Shown: positions 29,933-39,412 of the stretch, one piece after another
Numbering within the stretch: the first letter of the stretch is position 1
Layout of the letters: each line of letters begins with the position of its first letter
Source of the DNA: Clostridia bacterium
Lineage (GTDB): Bacteria; Bacillota; Clostridia; UMGS1883
Length of the DNA stretch: 64,000 bases
Assembly (NCBI GenBank): GCA_045636425.1
Contig: JAZTXM010000002.1
Coordinates: 2,918 to 66,917 of the forward strand
Reading direction: 5' to 3'
Notes under the pieces: model-generated
Databases searched by the model: none
What the model saw: the letters and a program-made list of their open reading frames with translations, nothing else
What the model was told of the DNA's origin: nothing
Program-made: the position numbers and the translations under genes

Positions 29933-31963
29933 TTATTTAGTTAATACTCCTGTCTGCATATCCAAATCCTGTGAATTTTCAAAGTAGCTGTCTACTACCT
30001 TTCTCACAGCCTGTGCAACATTTGCACCGCTGCCCGCCTTTTCAATCACGCAGGCAATGGCAATACGCGGTTTTTCATAAGGGGCATAGGCTACACAAAC
30101 ACCGTTGGTGTATACGCCGGATGTCTGGGCACTGCCCGTTTTCGCCGCAACTGAAACCTTACATCCTGCAAAAGCAGTTTGCGCCGTTCCCTCCGTTACC
30201 ACCATACGAAGCCCCCTGACGATTGCCTCTCTATGCTCCTCGCTCATGTTAATTTTTGAAAGAATCTCCGGCTCAGTTTCGCTGCCAGAAGTCTTGTCAC
30301 TGCTTTGAATTGATTTTATTATATGCGGTCTGTAGCGTGTTCCGCCGTTTGCAATTGTTGCAATATAGTTTGCAAGCTGTATGGGAGTTACAAGCGTGTC
30401 AGACTGCCCTATTGCCGTCTGGCAAACGTCACCGGGATACCAGATTCCGTTATTCTTTTCTCTGTTTTCGGGACTTGCCACAACACCTGTCTTTTCCTCT
30501 GCTGAAAGCTCGATTCCGCTGTTTTGTCCAAGGCCGAATTTTTCAGCATATTCATTAATCTTTTCTATGCTCAGCCTACGCCCCACATCAAAGAAAAACA
30601 CATTGCACGAATCCCTTATTGCTTCCGACACGTTAAGATAGCCGTGAGTTCCGCCGGACTGATTATATACCCAGCAACCGGGCTGATAATCCTTGAAATA
30701 GGTATATTTACCCGTATCGAGAATTTCCTCATCAGTGGTTATTATCCCCTCCTCAAGTGCCGCAGTTCCCACCAATAATTTAAATGTGGAGGCAGGGGAA
30801 TACGTCCCCGCCAAGCTTCTGTTAAAAAGCGGCTTTGAAGGATTTTCCAAAAGCGAATTATAATCCTGTGTAAAGGTGGTAATCTCATATGACGGATATG
30901 ATGCCATGGCGAGGATATCTCCCGTATTAACATCTATTACCACCATACTGCCTGCATCGGCATCTCTCCCGCCTTCGGCGGTGCTTCCTGCGGAATTAAT
31001 TGCCCTTATTGTATCCTCCAGAGCCTCCTCGCAGGCAATCTGCATGTCAAGGTCAATGGTAAGATTTACGTTTCTTCCGCTTACAGGCTCTTTTACGATG
31101 CTCTGCCCCATGCTTCTTCCGTGAGAGCTTTGTTCAACTCTGCCTCTGCCGTTCTCTCCACGAAGGTATTCCTCCAAAAGCTTCTCAATTCCGTCTTTTC
31201 CTATGTGGGAATTTATCGTATACCCGTTATTTTTATTCTCCTTATATTCATCGGCATTAACCACGCCCACTCTGCCCAGCATATGAGCACCTAAACTTTT
31301 ATAGGGGTAGCTTCTGAGAGGCTGGGTTACGATGCTGACGCCCCAAAAGCTATCAGGCTGTTCCTTTATCACCGATATTTCCTCAACGGGAACATTTTCG
31401 GCAAAAAGATACGGAGTTGCCGAGGAAAACCCCAGCTTTTTCATGTTAAGACGGGTTGCCGCAATCTCTATAATTTCCCGATTTGTATACTTCTTCGTGT
31501 CTATATCGTACTTTTTAATAAGAGCATCGATAATGTCCTGTGCACTTGCCGCCTTGCCAAATCCGTTTTCTTCGCTCCATTTCTTAGCTAAGCCTGATTC
31601 TATGCTGAAAAAATATTTTCCGCTTTGCTCAGTCAGCGGTAAGACACCGTCTATTCTTCCCGATGTATCGCCCAGAGTAGAAAATAAATTATTAATAACG
31701 GCATTAAGCTGACCTGAGCTTCTTCCCTCGATACTTAAAATGTACACACTGAAGCCTGTGGCATTTTTAACGATTGCACGCCCGTTACGGTCGAGAATTT
31801 CTCCTCTGGGAGCCACAAGTTCTACGCTTCTTACGGTGCGTGTATTGCTTTTTTCTCTGTAATATTCACCGTGAGTAACCTGTAGATTCACAAGGCGAAG
31901 CAATATAATCACCGCTGTTATTGCAAAGAGGATATAAAACGCTGTATATCTTTTTGGTTTCAT
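29933..31963 (-). CDS. mrdA: Class B penicillin-binding protein 2
   Basis: RGEILDRNG, STFK, SCN and KTG motifs; located in the mre/min operon. Confidence 0.9.
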   Translation of the reverse strand: MKPKRYTAFYILFAITAVIILLRLVNLQVTHGEYYREKSNTRTVRSVELVAPRGEILDRNGRAIVKNATGFSVYILSIEGRSSGQLNAVINNLFSTLGDTSGRIDGVLPLTEQSGKYFFSIESGLAKKWSEENGFGKAASAQDIIDALIKKYDIDTKKYTNREIIEIAATRLNMKKLGFSSATPYLFAENVPVEEISVIKEQPDSFWGVSIVTQPLRSYPYKSLGAHMLGRVGVVNADEYKENKNNGYTINSHIGKDGIEKLLEEYLRGENGRGRVEQSSHGRSMGQSIVKEPVSGRNVNLTIDLDMQIACEEALEDTIRAINSAGSTAEGGRDADAGSMVVIDVNTGDILAMASYPSYEITTFTQDYNSLLENPSKPLFNRSLAGTYSPASTFKLLVGTAALEEGIITTDEEILDTGKYTYFKDYQPGCWVYNQSGGTHGYLNVSEAIRDSCNVFFFDVGRRLSIEKINEYAEKFGLGQNSGIELSAEEKTGVVASPENREKNNGIWYPGDVCQTAIGQSDTLVTPIQLANYIATIANGGTRYRPHIIKSIQSSDKTSGSETEPEILSKINMSEEHREAIVRGLRMVVTEGTAQTAFAGCKVSVAAKTGSAQTSGVYTNGVCVAYAPYEKPRIAIACVIEKAGSGANVAQAVRKVVDSYFENSQDLDMQTGVLTK

Positions 31964-32484
31964 ACGTTTTCCTCCTTTGCCGTTTTTCTAAAGCATACGT
32001 CGATTTCTTTCCTGTATGTCCACCATACGAAAATGAGAACGCATATTCCGCCGAAAATGCCTTTCACCAATATATCGGCACACAAATGCCCTATGGGCAT
32101 ACTGTAACCAAGCATAACTTTAATAATTGCAAGCAGAATTTCTTTAGCCGATATACTTACAAAATAAATAAAGCTCACTATAACGGGGGAATTTTCGCTT
32201 TTTTTATCGGTGAGGAGGCTTACAGAGAGTGCAAAGTACATAAAAATAAGTGTACTGATGCCGAAAAGCTTCCCCGACAGGGCATCCATAAGAACGCCTG
32301 CAAAGGAACCTAAAGCCGCTGAAAGCATGTAACCATCCGATACTGCAAAGATTACCAATGCTACCGATATGATGTCGGGCGAACATCCGAATATTTTGAT
32401 TTCATTTAATATAAGAGTCTGCACGAGATATGCCGCGTACACCCATATGAATTTCTTCAAAAGCTTCACTTTTTTCACTTCCAT
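31960..32484 (-). CDS. mreD: Rod shape-determining protein MreD
   Basis: Hydrophobic; PDI...GVLMDALSG..FGI pattern; between mreC and mrdA. Exact start uncertain. Confidence 0.85.
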   Translation of the reverse strand: MEVKKVKLLKKFIWVYAAYLVQTLILNEIKIFGCSPDIISVALVIFAVSDGYMLSAALGSFAGVLMDALSGKLFGISTLIFMYFALSVSLLTDKKSENSPVIVSFIYFVSISAKEILLAIIKVMLGYSMPIGHLCADILVKGIFGGICVLIFVWWTYRKEIDVCFRKTAKEENV

Positions 32485-32511
32485 AATAGTCCGAAATGAA
32501 TTAATCCACTG

Positions 32512-32787
32512 TAGCCTGAACTTAGCTATCCGAACCACGTTTTTTACTTCCAATTTTCCGCCGCTACTGCGTTAAAAGCCTTGCCAATACGACAGTATTG
32601 GCTTCGTTTTTGCCTTGTATCAACAAAAAATAATTTGTAAAAAATTCTTCGAACCTGAAACGGACGAAATTTTGTGCAGATTTTGGTGCGGAGGACGCCG
32701 ACAGGCTGTCGCCTTTCAAGAACGACAAGCCGAAAGATGCCGAAATTCCGCCGTTTCAGGCGGGTACGGATAGCTCAGTTCAGGCTA
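32512..32787. mobile_element. MITE-like element copy A (276 bp)
   Basis: TIRs TAGCCTGAACTTAGCTATCCGAACC / GGTACGGATAGCTCAGTTCAGGCTA. Core matches the reverse complement of 41433-41709 (roughly 85-90% by manual alignment). Non-coding. Confidence 0.75.
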
Positions 32788-33581
32788 ACCAATACCTTAT
32801 CGAGATTTTTTATTTTAACATCTGTTTCAAGGACTGCACTTAAAGTAAGATTTCTGCTGTCTTCTTTGATTTCGGTGATTTTTCCTATTTTTATTCCGCG
32901 AGGATAAATTCCGCCTGTTCCGCTTGTTTCGATAATATCTCCGACAACGGTTTTTGCACTGCGGTCAATGTAGTTCATACTGCACTTTTCGTCCGCCGAC
33001 AAATATCCTACAGGCTCTACAATTCCCATGTCACCGCTTCGGAGGCAAATTGATGAAACGGAGCTTTCGGAATCGAATATGGTTTTAACCTTTGAGTAAT
33101 TATACCCTGTTTCAAAAACCACACCCACAAGTCCGTCGGGGACAAGGACTGTGGCATTTTTTCTCACGCCGTCCTTTGTACCCTTATCGATTGTTATAAC
33201 ACTGCCCGAATCGCTGAGATTCTTCCCTATCACATTTGCGGCGGTGCTTTTAAAATCCGTGCGGCTTTCCGCAAGCTCGATGAGCTTACGAAGTTCATCA
33301 TTCTCGGTCTTATAGCTCTCCAGCATCCTGAGCTGAGCTTGAAGCTCCAAATTTTCTTCCTTAAGCTTTTTATTCTCACGGGCGTTATCCCTTGAATCCA
33401 TCATATTTCCTATAAAATTTCCTGCAGAGCTATACGCACGTGACACCCATTTCTGCACGGGGGAAAACACCGTTCCCACTGCATTTGCCACAGGGTTATT
33501 TCCTATTTTCAGCGAAACTGCGGAAAATATAAGTATCACAAAGGTTACACACGAAAGTATTATAATGTGTTTCTTTTTCAT
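32775..33581 (-). CDS. mreC: Rod shape-determining protein MreC
   Basis: N-terminal TM, coiled coil, and TIDKGTKDGV, GLVG and TSGTGGIYPRGIKIG motifs. Confidence 0.93.
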   Translation of the reverse strand: MKKKHIIILSCVTFVILIFSAVSLKIGNNPVANAVGTVFSPVQKWVSRAYSSAGNFIGNMMDSRDNARENKKLKEENLELQAQLRMLESYKTENDELRKLIELAESRTDFKSTAANVIGKNLSDSGSVITIDKGTKDGVRKNATVLVPDGLVGVVFETGYNYSKVKTIFDSESSVSSICLRSGDMGIVEPVGYLSADEKCSMNYIDRSAKTVVGDIIETSGTGGIYPRGIKIGKITEIKEDSRNLTLSAVLETDVKIKNLDKVLVSLN

Positions 33582-33594
33582 GGCAAATTACCTC

Positions 33595-34182
33595 TTAAAG
33601 TACGTTTATGTTAAACTCGTCCCGAAGCATTTTGGAAAGAGCACAGACGGGAAGTCCCACCACGTTAAAATAATCACCGTTTATTTTCTCAATGAAAATG
33701 CTTCCCTTTTCCTGGATTCCGTACGCCCCTGCTTTATCCATCGGCTCACGGCTTTTTACATATGCCTTGATTTCTTCTTCTGTAATGCTTCTGAAGGTTA
33801 CTTCCGTTTTTTCATACTTTGATACAGCTAAGTTTGTTTTTGTATTTATAACACAGTAGCCCGTATACACACAATGAGTTTTTCCGCTGAGGCGTCTTAG
33901 CATATCTGTGGCTTCCTCTATGTTTCGGGGTTTCCCGAATATCTCCCCGTCAAGCACCACGACGGTGTCTGCCCCGATTACATATACCTCGCAATTAAAG
34001 GTATGGGCAACGTGAGATGCCTTGAGCATACTGAGCTGCTGCACCAAGCTCTCGGGCGATAAATCCTTAAGGGCAGTTTCATCAATATTTGCAGGAAAAA
34101 CCTGTGCATCAATTCCGATATTTTTGAGAAGTTCTTTTCTTCTGGGGGATTTTGATGCAAGTATAAATATAGGTTTTGCCAT
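33595..34182 (-). CDS. maf: Maf nucleotide pyrophosphatase
   Basis: ILASKSPRR, GADTVV, DKAGAYGIQ and NVVGLP motifs. Confidence 0.96.
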   Translation of the reverse strand: MAKPIFILASKSPRRKELLKNIGIDAQVFPANIDETALKDLSPESLVQQLSMLKASHVAHTFNCEVYVIGADTVVVLDGEIFGKPRNIEEATDMLRRLSGKTHCVYTGYCVINTKTNLAVSKYEKTEVTFRSITEEEIKAYVKSREPMDKAGAYGIQEKGSIFIEKINGDYFNVVGLPVCALSKMLRDEFNINVL

Positions 34183-34198
34183 AATATTTCTTCATCCT

Positions 34199-34732
34199 TT
34201 ATCTTAAGATTTTTTCTTTGTAGGAATCAATACATTCCTGGATTATCTTCTCGGCTTCTTCTCTGCCTAAAACCTCGTTAACAGCCGTTTCTTTATTTTC
34301 CAGCATTTTATAAACTTCAAAAAAGTGGCTGATTTCCCTTGACATATGGTCGGGAAGCTCGTGGATATCCTTATATCCGGCATAGGTGGGGTCGCTGAAA
34401 GGAATTGCTATAATCTTTTCATCAACCTTGCCGTCGTCAATCATTTTAATAACACCGATAGGGTAACAACGTACAAGCACCAATGAGTCAATTTTCTCCT
34501 GACAAAGCACAAGCACATCAAGAGGGTCACCGTCATCGGCGTAGGTACGGGGAATAAATCCGTAATTTGCCGGGTAATGGGTGGATGTATAAAGAACTCT
34601 GTCAAGAATAATCATACCTGTTTCCTTGTCCAGCTCGTATTTGTTTCTTCCGCCCTTGCGTATTTCTATCACGGAAAGAAAGTCATCTTTTTTTATTCTT
34701 TCGGGGTTAATGTTGTGCCACACGTTGAACAT
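34199..34732 (-). CDS. ppa: Family I inorganic pyrophosphatase
   Basis: KYELDK, YPANYGFIP and DDGDPLDVL motifs. Confidence 0.95.
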   Translation of the reverse strand: MFNVWHNINPERIKKDDFLSVIEIRKGGRNKYELDKETGMIILDRVLYTSTHYPANYGFIPRTYADDGDPLDVLVLCQEKIDSLVLVRCYPIGVIKMIDDGKVDEKIIAIPFSDPTYAGYKDIHELPDHMSREISHFFEVYKMLENKETAVNEVLGREEAEKIIQECIDSYKEKILR

Positions 34733-34736
34733 AAAA

Positions 34737-36017
34737 TCAAACCTTTCTTAAATGTTTGGGATAGTGATTCTTCGCCTGCCCGTCGCTAAGCTTATACCAC
34801 CCTACGGGGAATTTCTCTTTATAAAGCATTACGCCATAGCCCTTTTCCCCTGTATGTGCGATTGCTTCACCCTTTAAATAAGCTTCAAGCTTGTCCTCGG
34901 AAAGTGCTATACTGCGTTTAAAATCTTCTTTTTTAAGTGCGGTGGCAAGGTGGTGCGACGGCACAAACCTGCCTTTCCTCACCTCCCCTAGGAAAATTCC
35001 GGGGCGTATGCACTTGATTTTATCAAGGGTAATCATTTCCTTGGGCAAAAGATAAAGATTTTCACCGAAGGAAACAAAATTTCCGTCAAGGCTTATATTA
35101 AGGTTTTCCTTTTCAAAGCTCAGGTATGCTTCAAGCATTTCCTTTTTTGCAGAGACAGGAGGGGTATGTTTTTGGGATTTTACCGCCCCACCCTTTTCAA
35201 ACACGGCTGAAAAATGCCCTTCGCCCTTAATTTTATGAGGCATCAGCCGATGCATTCCCATAAGGGATATATCGCTGTATTTTTCCGCAAATTTCTGCGC
35301 GGTTTCCTCGTTTTCTTCTTTAGAAAATGTACAGGTGGAATACACGAGCCGTCCTCCGGGGGAAAGCATTTTATATGCTGAGTCAAGAATGGAGAGTTGA
35401 CGCACTGCACAGGATTTCGTATGCTCTATACTCCATTCCTGTACTGCCACACTGTCCTTTCTGAACATTCCTTCCCCACTGCAGGGTGCATCAACTATAA
35501 TTTTATCAAAAAACTCATAAAACAGCTTTTCCATTTTTTCGGGGTACATATTGGTGACTACGGCATTTTTTATTCCCATACGCTCTATATTTTCGCAAAG
35601 GATTTTTGCCCTGCCTGCGTTCACCTCATTGGAAACCAAAAGCCCTTTTCCGCCCAGTTTTGCGGCAAGCTGTGTGCTTTTTCCGCCGGGAGCGGCACAA
35701 AGGTCCAGAACTCTGTCCCCTTCTTTCACATCTGCAAGCTCAGCGGCAATCATTGCCGACGGCTCCTGTGAGTAGAAAAGACCTGCTATGCTGGAGGGGT
35801 GGTTTCCCTTTTTTCCGTCGTAGTAAAATCCCGTGGGACACCAAGGCACGCTTTCTCCGCAAAAATCCACTATACTCTTAAATTCATCGGCGGATGTTTT
35901 AAGAGTATTAACACGCAATGCAATGAATGGTGCTTCTTCATAGGATTTTATAAAGCTCTCGTATTCATTTCCAAGCTCGTTTTTCATTCTTTCGCAAAAC
36001 TTTTCGGGTAATTTCAA
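34737..36017 (-). CDS. rsmF: RsmF/NOL1-NOP2-Sun RNA m5C methyltransferase
   Basis: QEPSAM, DLCAAPGGKS, DAPCSGEGMFRK and YSTCT motifs; C-terminal KNHYPKHLR. Confidence 0.9.
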   Translation of the reverse strand: MKLPEKFCERMKNELGNEYESFIKSYEEAPFIALRVNTLKTSADEFKSIVDFCGESVPWCPTGFYYDGKKGNHPSSIAGLFYSQEPSAMIAAELADVKEGDRVLDLCAAPGGKSTQLAAKLGGKGLLVSNEVNAGRAKILCENIERMGIKNAVVTNMYPEKMEKLFYEFFDKIIVDAPCSGEGMFRKDSVAVQEWSIEHTKSCAVRQLSILDSAYKMLSPGGRLVYSTCTFSKEENEETAQKFAEKYSDISLMGMHRLMPHKIKGEGHFSAVFEKGGAVKSQKHTPPVSAKKEMLEAYLSFEKENLNISLDGNFVSFGENLYLLPKEMITLDKIKCIRPGIFLGEVRKGRFVPSHHLATALKKEDFKRSIALSEDKLEAYLKGEAIAHTGEKGYGVMLYKEKFPVGWYKLSDGQAKNHYPKHLRKV

Positions 36018-36225
36018 TTTTTATCACCTGTATATAATATATCTACATTATTATAACATATCGTATTGTCAAAATAAAGCGTTTTTTGTGTGAGATATAA
36101 AAAAAGTTAAAAAACATAATCCTCCCGATGCAAAAAGTACACATTAATATTTACTCAAAAATTTGTTGAAATATGCCTTAATTTGTTATATAATTAATAG
36201 AAGTGTTTTCAGGAGGGTAAATTAT

Positions 36226-36810
36226 ATGACAGTAATGCAGCGTTACGAAGCTCTTAAAAATCGTGTGGTAAAAAGAAAAGATGAATTCACCGCTTTGATT
36301 AACTTTATGGAGAATGAAACGGATTATCTGAATTCTCCTGCCAGCACACGCTTCCACCTGTGCAGAAAGCAGGGGCTGTTGGAGCATAGTGTAAATGTGG
36401 CTGAAACAATGCTTAAATTACGTGCTTCTCTCGCTCCTGAAATTGACGAGGAAAGCTGTATTATAACGGCACTTATTCATGATTTGGGAAAGGCAGGTAT
36501 GCCCGGAATTCCCCAGTATCTTGAAAACGAGCCTACCCCCAAGCAGAAGCAATATGGTTTTCCTGCATCTGTTCCTTACAGAATAAACGAAAGCCTTGTA
36601 TATCTCAGTGTTCCCGTGAGAAGCCTGTATCTGGCTATCCCCCACATTTCTCTTTCCGAAAGCGAAGTGCAGGCAGTTATGTATCATGATGGTCAGTATG
36701 TGGATGATAATAAGAGCGTAGCAACAAAGGAAACGCCTCTATTGCTTCTTTTACAGTATGCAGACACTTGGAGCACATTTGTAATAGAAAAAGACACAAA
36801 ACGCAAATAA
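36226..36810 (+). CDS. HD-domain phosphohydrolase
   Basis: PASTRFH...GLLEHS, IHDLGK, YHDG and QYAD motifs; AGGAGG RBS. Confidence 0.85.
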   Translation: MTVMQRYEALKNRVVKRKDEFTALINFMENETDYLNSPASTRFHLCRKQGLLEHSVNVAETMLKLRASLAPEIDEESCIITALIHDLGKAGMPGIPQYLENEPTPKQKQYGFPASVPYRINESLVYLSVPVRSLYLAIPHISLSESEVQAVMYHDGQYVDDNKSVATKETPLLLLLQYADTWSTFVIEKDTKRK

Positions 36811-36829
36811 CCCGAAAGGAAGTATATAA

Positions 36830-38665
36830 ATGATAGAACCTAAAAACATAAGAAACATCGCAATTATTGCCCACGTTGACCACGGTAAAACCACCCTGGT
36901 TGACGCACTTTTACGCCAAAGTGGTGTTTTCCGAGAAAACGCACAGGTGGAGGAGCGTGTAATGGACTCCAACGATATTGAGAAGGAACGCGGTATTACC
37001 ATTCTTGCGAAAAATACATCTCTTATGTACAATGATGTGAAGATAAATATCATTGATACACCCGGCCATGCCGATTTTGGCGGTGAGGTTGAACGCGGTC
37101 TTAAAATGGCGGACGGCGTGCTTCTGCTTGTTGACGCATTTGAGGGATGTATGCCACAGACAAGATTTGTTCTGAAAAAAGCATTGGAGCTTGACCTTTC
37201 CATAATAATGGTTGTAAACAAGGCGGACAGACCTAACGCACGTCCTTATGAAGTAACGGACGAGCTTTTGGAGCTTTTCATCGACCTTGATGCAACGGAT
37301 GAACAGCTTGATTCCCCCGTTGTTTATGTTTCGGGACGTGACGGCTGGGCGAGCCTTTCCCCCGACAATCACCCTGATGACCTTAAGGTGCTTTTCGACC
37401 TTATCGTGAAGCATATCCCTGCACCTGAAGATACAACGCAGGGCGAATTCCAGATGCTTGTATCTAACATTGATTATGATACATTTACAGGCAGAATTGC
37501 GGTAGGCAGAATTAACCGCGGCTTCGTAAAAACCAATATGCCCATTACAATAAGCCGAGAGGGTATGGATTCCTATAATTCAAGAGTATCAAAGCTTTTC
37601 TCCTATAAGGATTTGGAAAAGCAGGTTATTGATGAGGCAGGTGCCGGCGAGATTGTTGCGATCAGCGGTGTTGAAAAAATCAACATCGGTGATACAATCT
37701 GTGCTTCGGGCATAATAGAGCCTCTCCCCTTTACCCCCGTTGACGAGCCTGTTCTTTCTATGACCTTCAGCGTAAACAACAGCCCCTTTGCAGGACAAGA
37801 CGGTGATTATGTAACAAGCAGACATCTTCGTGACAGATTAATGAAAGAGCTTGAAAGCAATATTGCACTTAAAGTAACCGAGACTGAATCTCCCGACAGC
37901 TTTGTGGTTTCGGGCAGAGGTGAGCTTCACCTTTCCGTTCTTATTGAAAATATGCGTCGCGAGGGTTATGAATTTCAAGTAAGCAAGCCTAAGACGATTA
38001 ACAAGGAGATTGACGGTTGCCTTTGCGAGCCCTTTGAAATGCTGACTGTAGACGTTCCCGATGAGCATACGGGTGTTGTTATGGAGGGTATCGGTGCCAG
38101 AAAGGGTAGCCTTGTGAATATGGCTCCCGGTGCGGCAGGCTATACAAAGCTTGAGTTCAGAATCCCGTCAAGAGGACTTATCGGTTATCGTGGTGAGCTT
38201 CTGACCGCTACAAAGGGTACAGGTATTATCAACAGTGTATTTGATTCTTATGAACCGCTTATTCCGGGAGAATTTACAACACGCTCCAGAGGAAGTCTTG
38301 TAGCATATGAAACGGGTGAATCCGTTGCATACGGTCTTTTTAATTCGCAGGACCGCGGACAGATGTTTATAGGACCTGGCGAAAAGGTTTATATGGGAAT
38401 GGTTGTCGGTGAGTGCAGCCGCCTTGAGGATATTGTGGTAAACGTATGCAAGAGAAAGCAGGCAACAAATATGCGTGCCGCAGGAAGCGATGAGGCACTC
38501 CGCCTTACTCCGCCCAAGCTTCTCAGCCTTGAGGAAAGTCTTGAGTTTTTGGCTGATGACGAGCTTTTGGAGGTCACCCCAAATTTTCTCAGAATAAGAA
38601 AAAGAATTCTCGACACCGACCTTCGTGCAAAAGAGGCAAACAGAATCAAAAAGCAACAGCAATAA
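36830..38665 (+). CDS. typA: Translational GTPase TypA/BipA
   Basis: AHVDHGKTT, ERGITILAK and GRGELHLSVLIENMRREG motifs. Confidence 0.97.
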   Translation: MIEPKNIRNIAIIAHVDHGKTTLVDALLRQSGVFRENAQVEERVMDSNDIEKERGITILAKNTSLMYNDVKINIIDTPGHADFGGEVERGLKMADGVLLLVDAFEGCMPQTRFVLKKALELDLSIIMVVNKADRPNARPYEVTDELLELFIDLDATDEQLDSPVVYVSGRDGWASLSPDNHPDDLKVLFDLIVKHIPAPEDTTQGEFQMLVSNIDYDTFTGRIAVGRINRGFVKTNMPITISREGMDSYNSRVSKLFSYKDLEKQVIDEAGAGEIVAISGVEKINIGDTICASGIIEPLPFTPVDEPVLSMTFSVNNSPFAGQDGDYVTSRHLRDRLMKELESNIALKVTETESPDSFVVSGRGELHLSVLIENMRREGYEFQVSKPKTINKEIDGCLCEPFEMLTVDVPDEHTGVVMEGIGARKGSLVNMAPGAAGYTKLEFRIPSRGLIGYRGELLTATKGTGIINSVFDSYEPLIPGEFTTRSRGSLVAYETGESVAYGLFNSQDRGQMFIGPGEKVYMGMVVGECSRLEDIVVNVCKRKQATNMRAAGSDEALRLTPPKLLSLEESLEFLADDELLEVTPNFLRIRKRILDTDLRAKEANRIKKQQQ

Positions 38666-38685
38666 AAATTGCACAAAAAAGAAAC

Positions 38686-38721
38686 AAACGGCATTTCGTT
38701 TTTATCCGAAATGCCGTTTTT
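38686..38721 (+). terminator. Terminator after typA
   Basis: AAACGGCATTTCG...CGAAATGCCGTTTTT. Confidence 0.8.
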
Positions 38722-38805
38722 GGTTACAATAAGATTACAGAACTTGACTTTTGCCATTTAAAGGGTTATGATGTTGTTGTAAAATAAATTTAGGAGGTAA
38801 TTACC

Positions 38806-39060
38806 ATGAGTAAATTCGAAATTCACAACCTTGATGTAGATGCTTTTGCAAAAGAGCTCAATAACTGCAAGGGTCAGGTTTGGCTTACAACAGAAGAGGG
38901 TGACAGAATCAATCTTATGTCTGCCTTCTGCCGCATGATTGGTCTTATGAGCATTATTCAGGGTGCAAAGCTCAGCAAGGCTACCATTGAATGCGAGGAC
39001 CCCGATGATGAAAGCCGTCTTTTCAGATTGAATCTTTACGGCAAGGTAACAGAAAAGTAA
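38806..39060 (+). CDS. Small HPr-fold-like hypothetical protein
   Basis: AGGAGG RBS; F...LNNCKGQVWL...GDRINLMS resembles the HPr core; no His15 motif. Confidence 0.55.
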   Translation: MSKFEIHNLDVDAFAKELNNCKGQVWLTTEEGDRINLMSAFCRMIGLMSIIQGAKLSKATIECEDPDDESRLFRLNLYGKVTEK

Positions 39061-39089
39061 AATTGAAATTTCACGCTAATAAAAATTAG

Positions 39090-39118
39090 TAATAACAGCC
39101 CCCTTATTCTCATATGTT
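39090..39118 (+). promoter_or_regulatory. SigmaE-type promoter for spoIIID
   Basis: TAATAAC-N14-CATATGTT versus the consensus ZHATAXX-N14-CATACAHT. Confidence 0.65.
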
Positions 39119-39148
39119 AGAACGAATGAGTTAAGGGGGCTGTTAATT

Positions 39149-39412
39149 TTGAAAGATTATATTGAAAAGCGTGCCGTTATGCTTGCATACTATATTCTCG
39201 AAAATAATGCTACAGTCAGAGCAACCGCGAAAAACTTCGGTTTCTCCAAATCGGGAGTACATAAAGACGTCACAACAAGATTAATGGATATAGACCCGCT
39301 TCTGGCGGAGCGTGTTCAAGATGTGCTTGATACAAACAAAGCCGAGAGGCATATCCGCGGCGGTCTTGCCACAAAGCTTAAGTACGAACGGCAAAAGGTT
39401 TCTAACGGTTAA
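39149..39412 (+). CDS. spoIIID: Stage III sporulation transcription factor SpoIIID
   Basis: MKDYIEKR...ATVRATAKNFGFSKSGVHKDVT.RL...NKAERHIRGGLATKLKY. Confidence 0.97.
   Translation: MKDYIEKRAVMLAYYILENNATVRATAKNFGFSKSGVHKDVTTRLMDIDPLLAERVQDVLDTNKAERHIRGGLATKLKYERQKVSNG

Noticed and set aside
32674-32907. Short ORFs overlapping the MITE copies (also 41492-41695 and the N-terminal extensions of prsA and mreD)
   Set aside because: No transposase motifs, and reading frames are not conserved between copies; these are chance ORFs.
34199-34732. Soluble PPase co-occurring with highly expressed PPDK as a metabolic conflict
   Set aside because: The genes are unlinked, and co-occurrence alone says nothing about flux direction.
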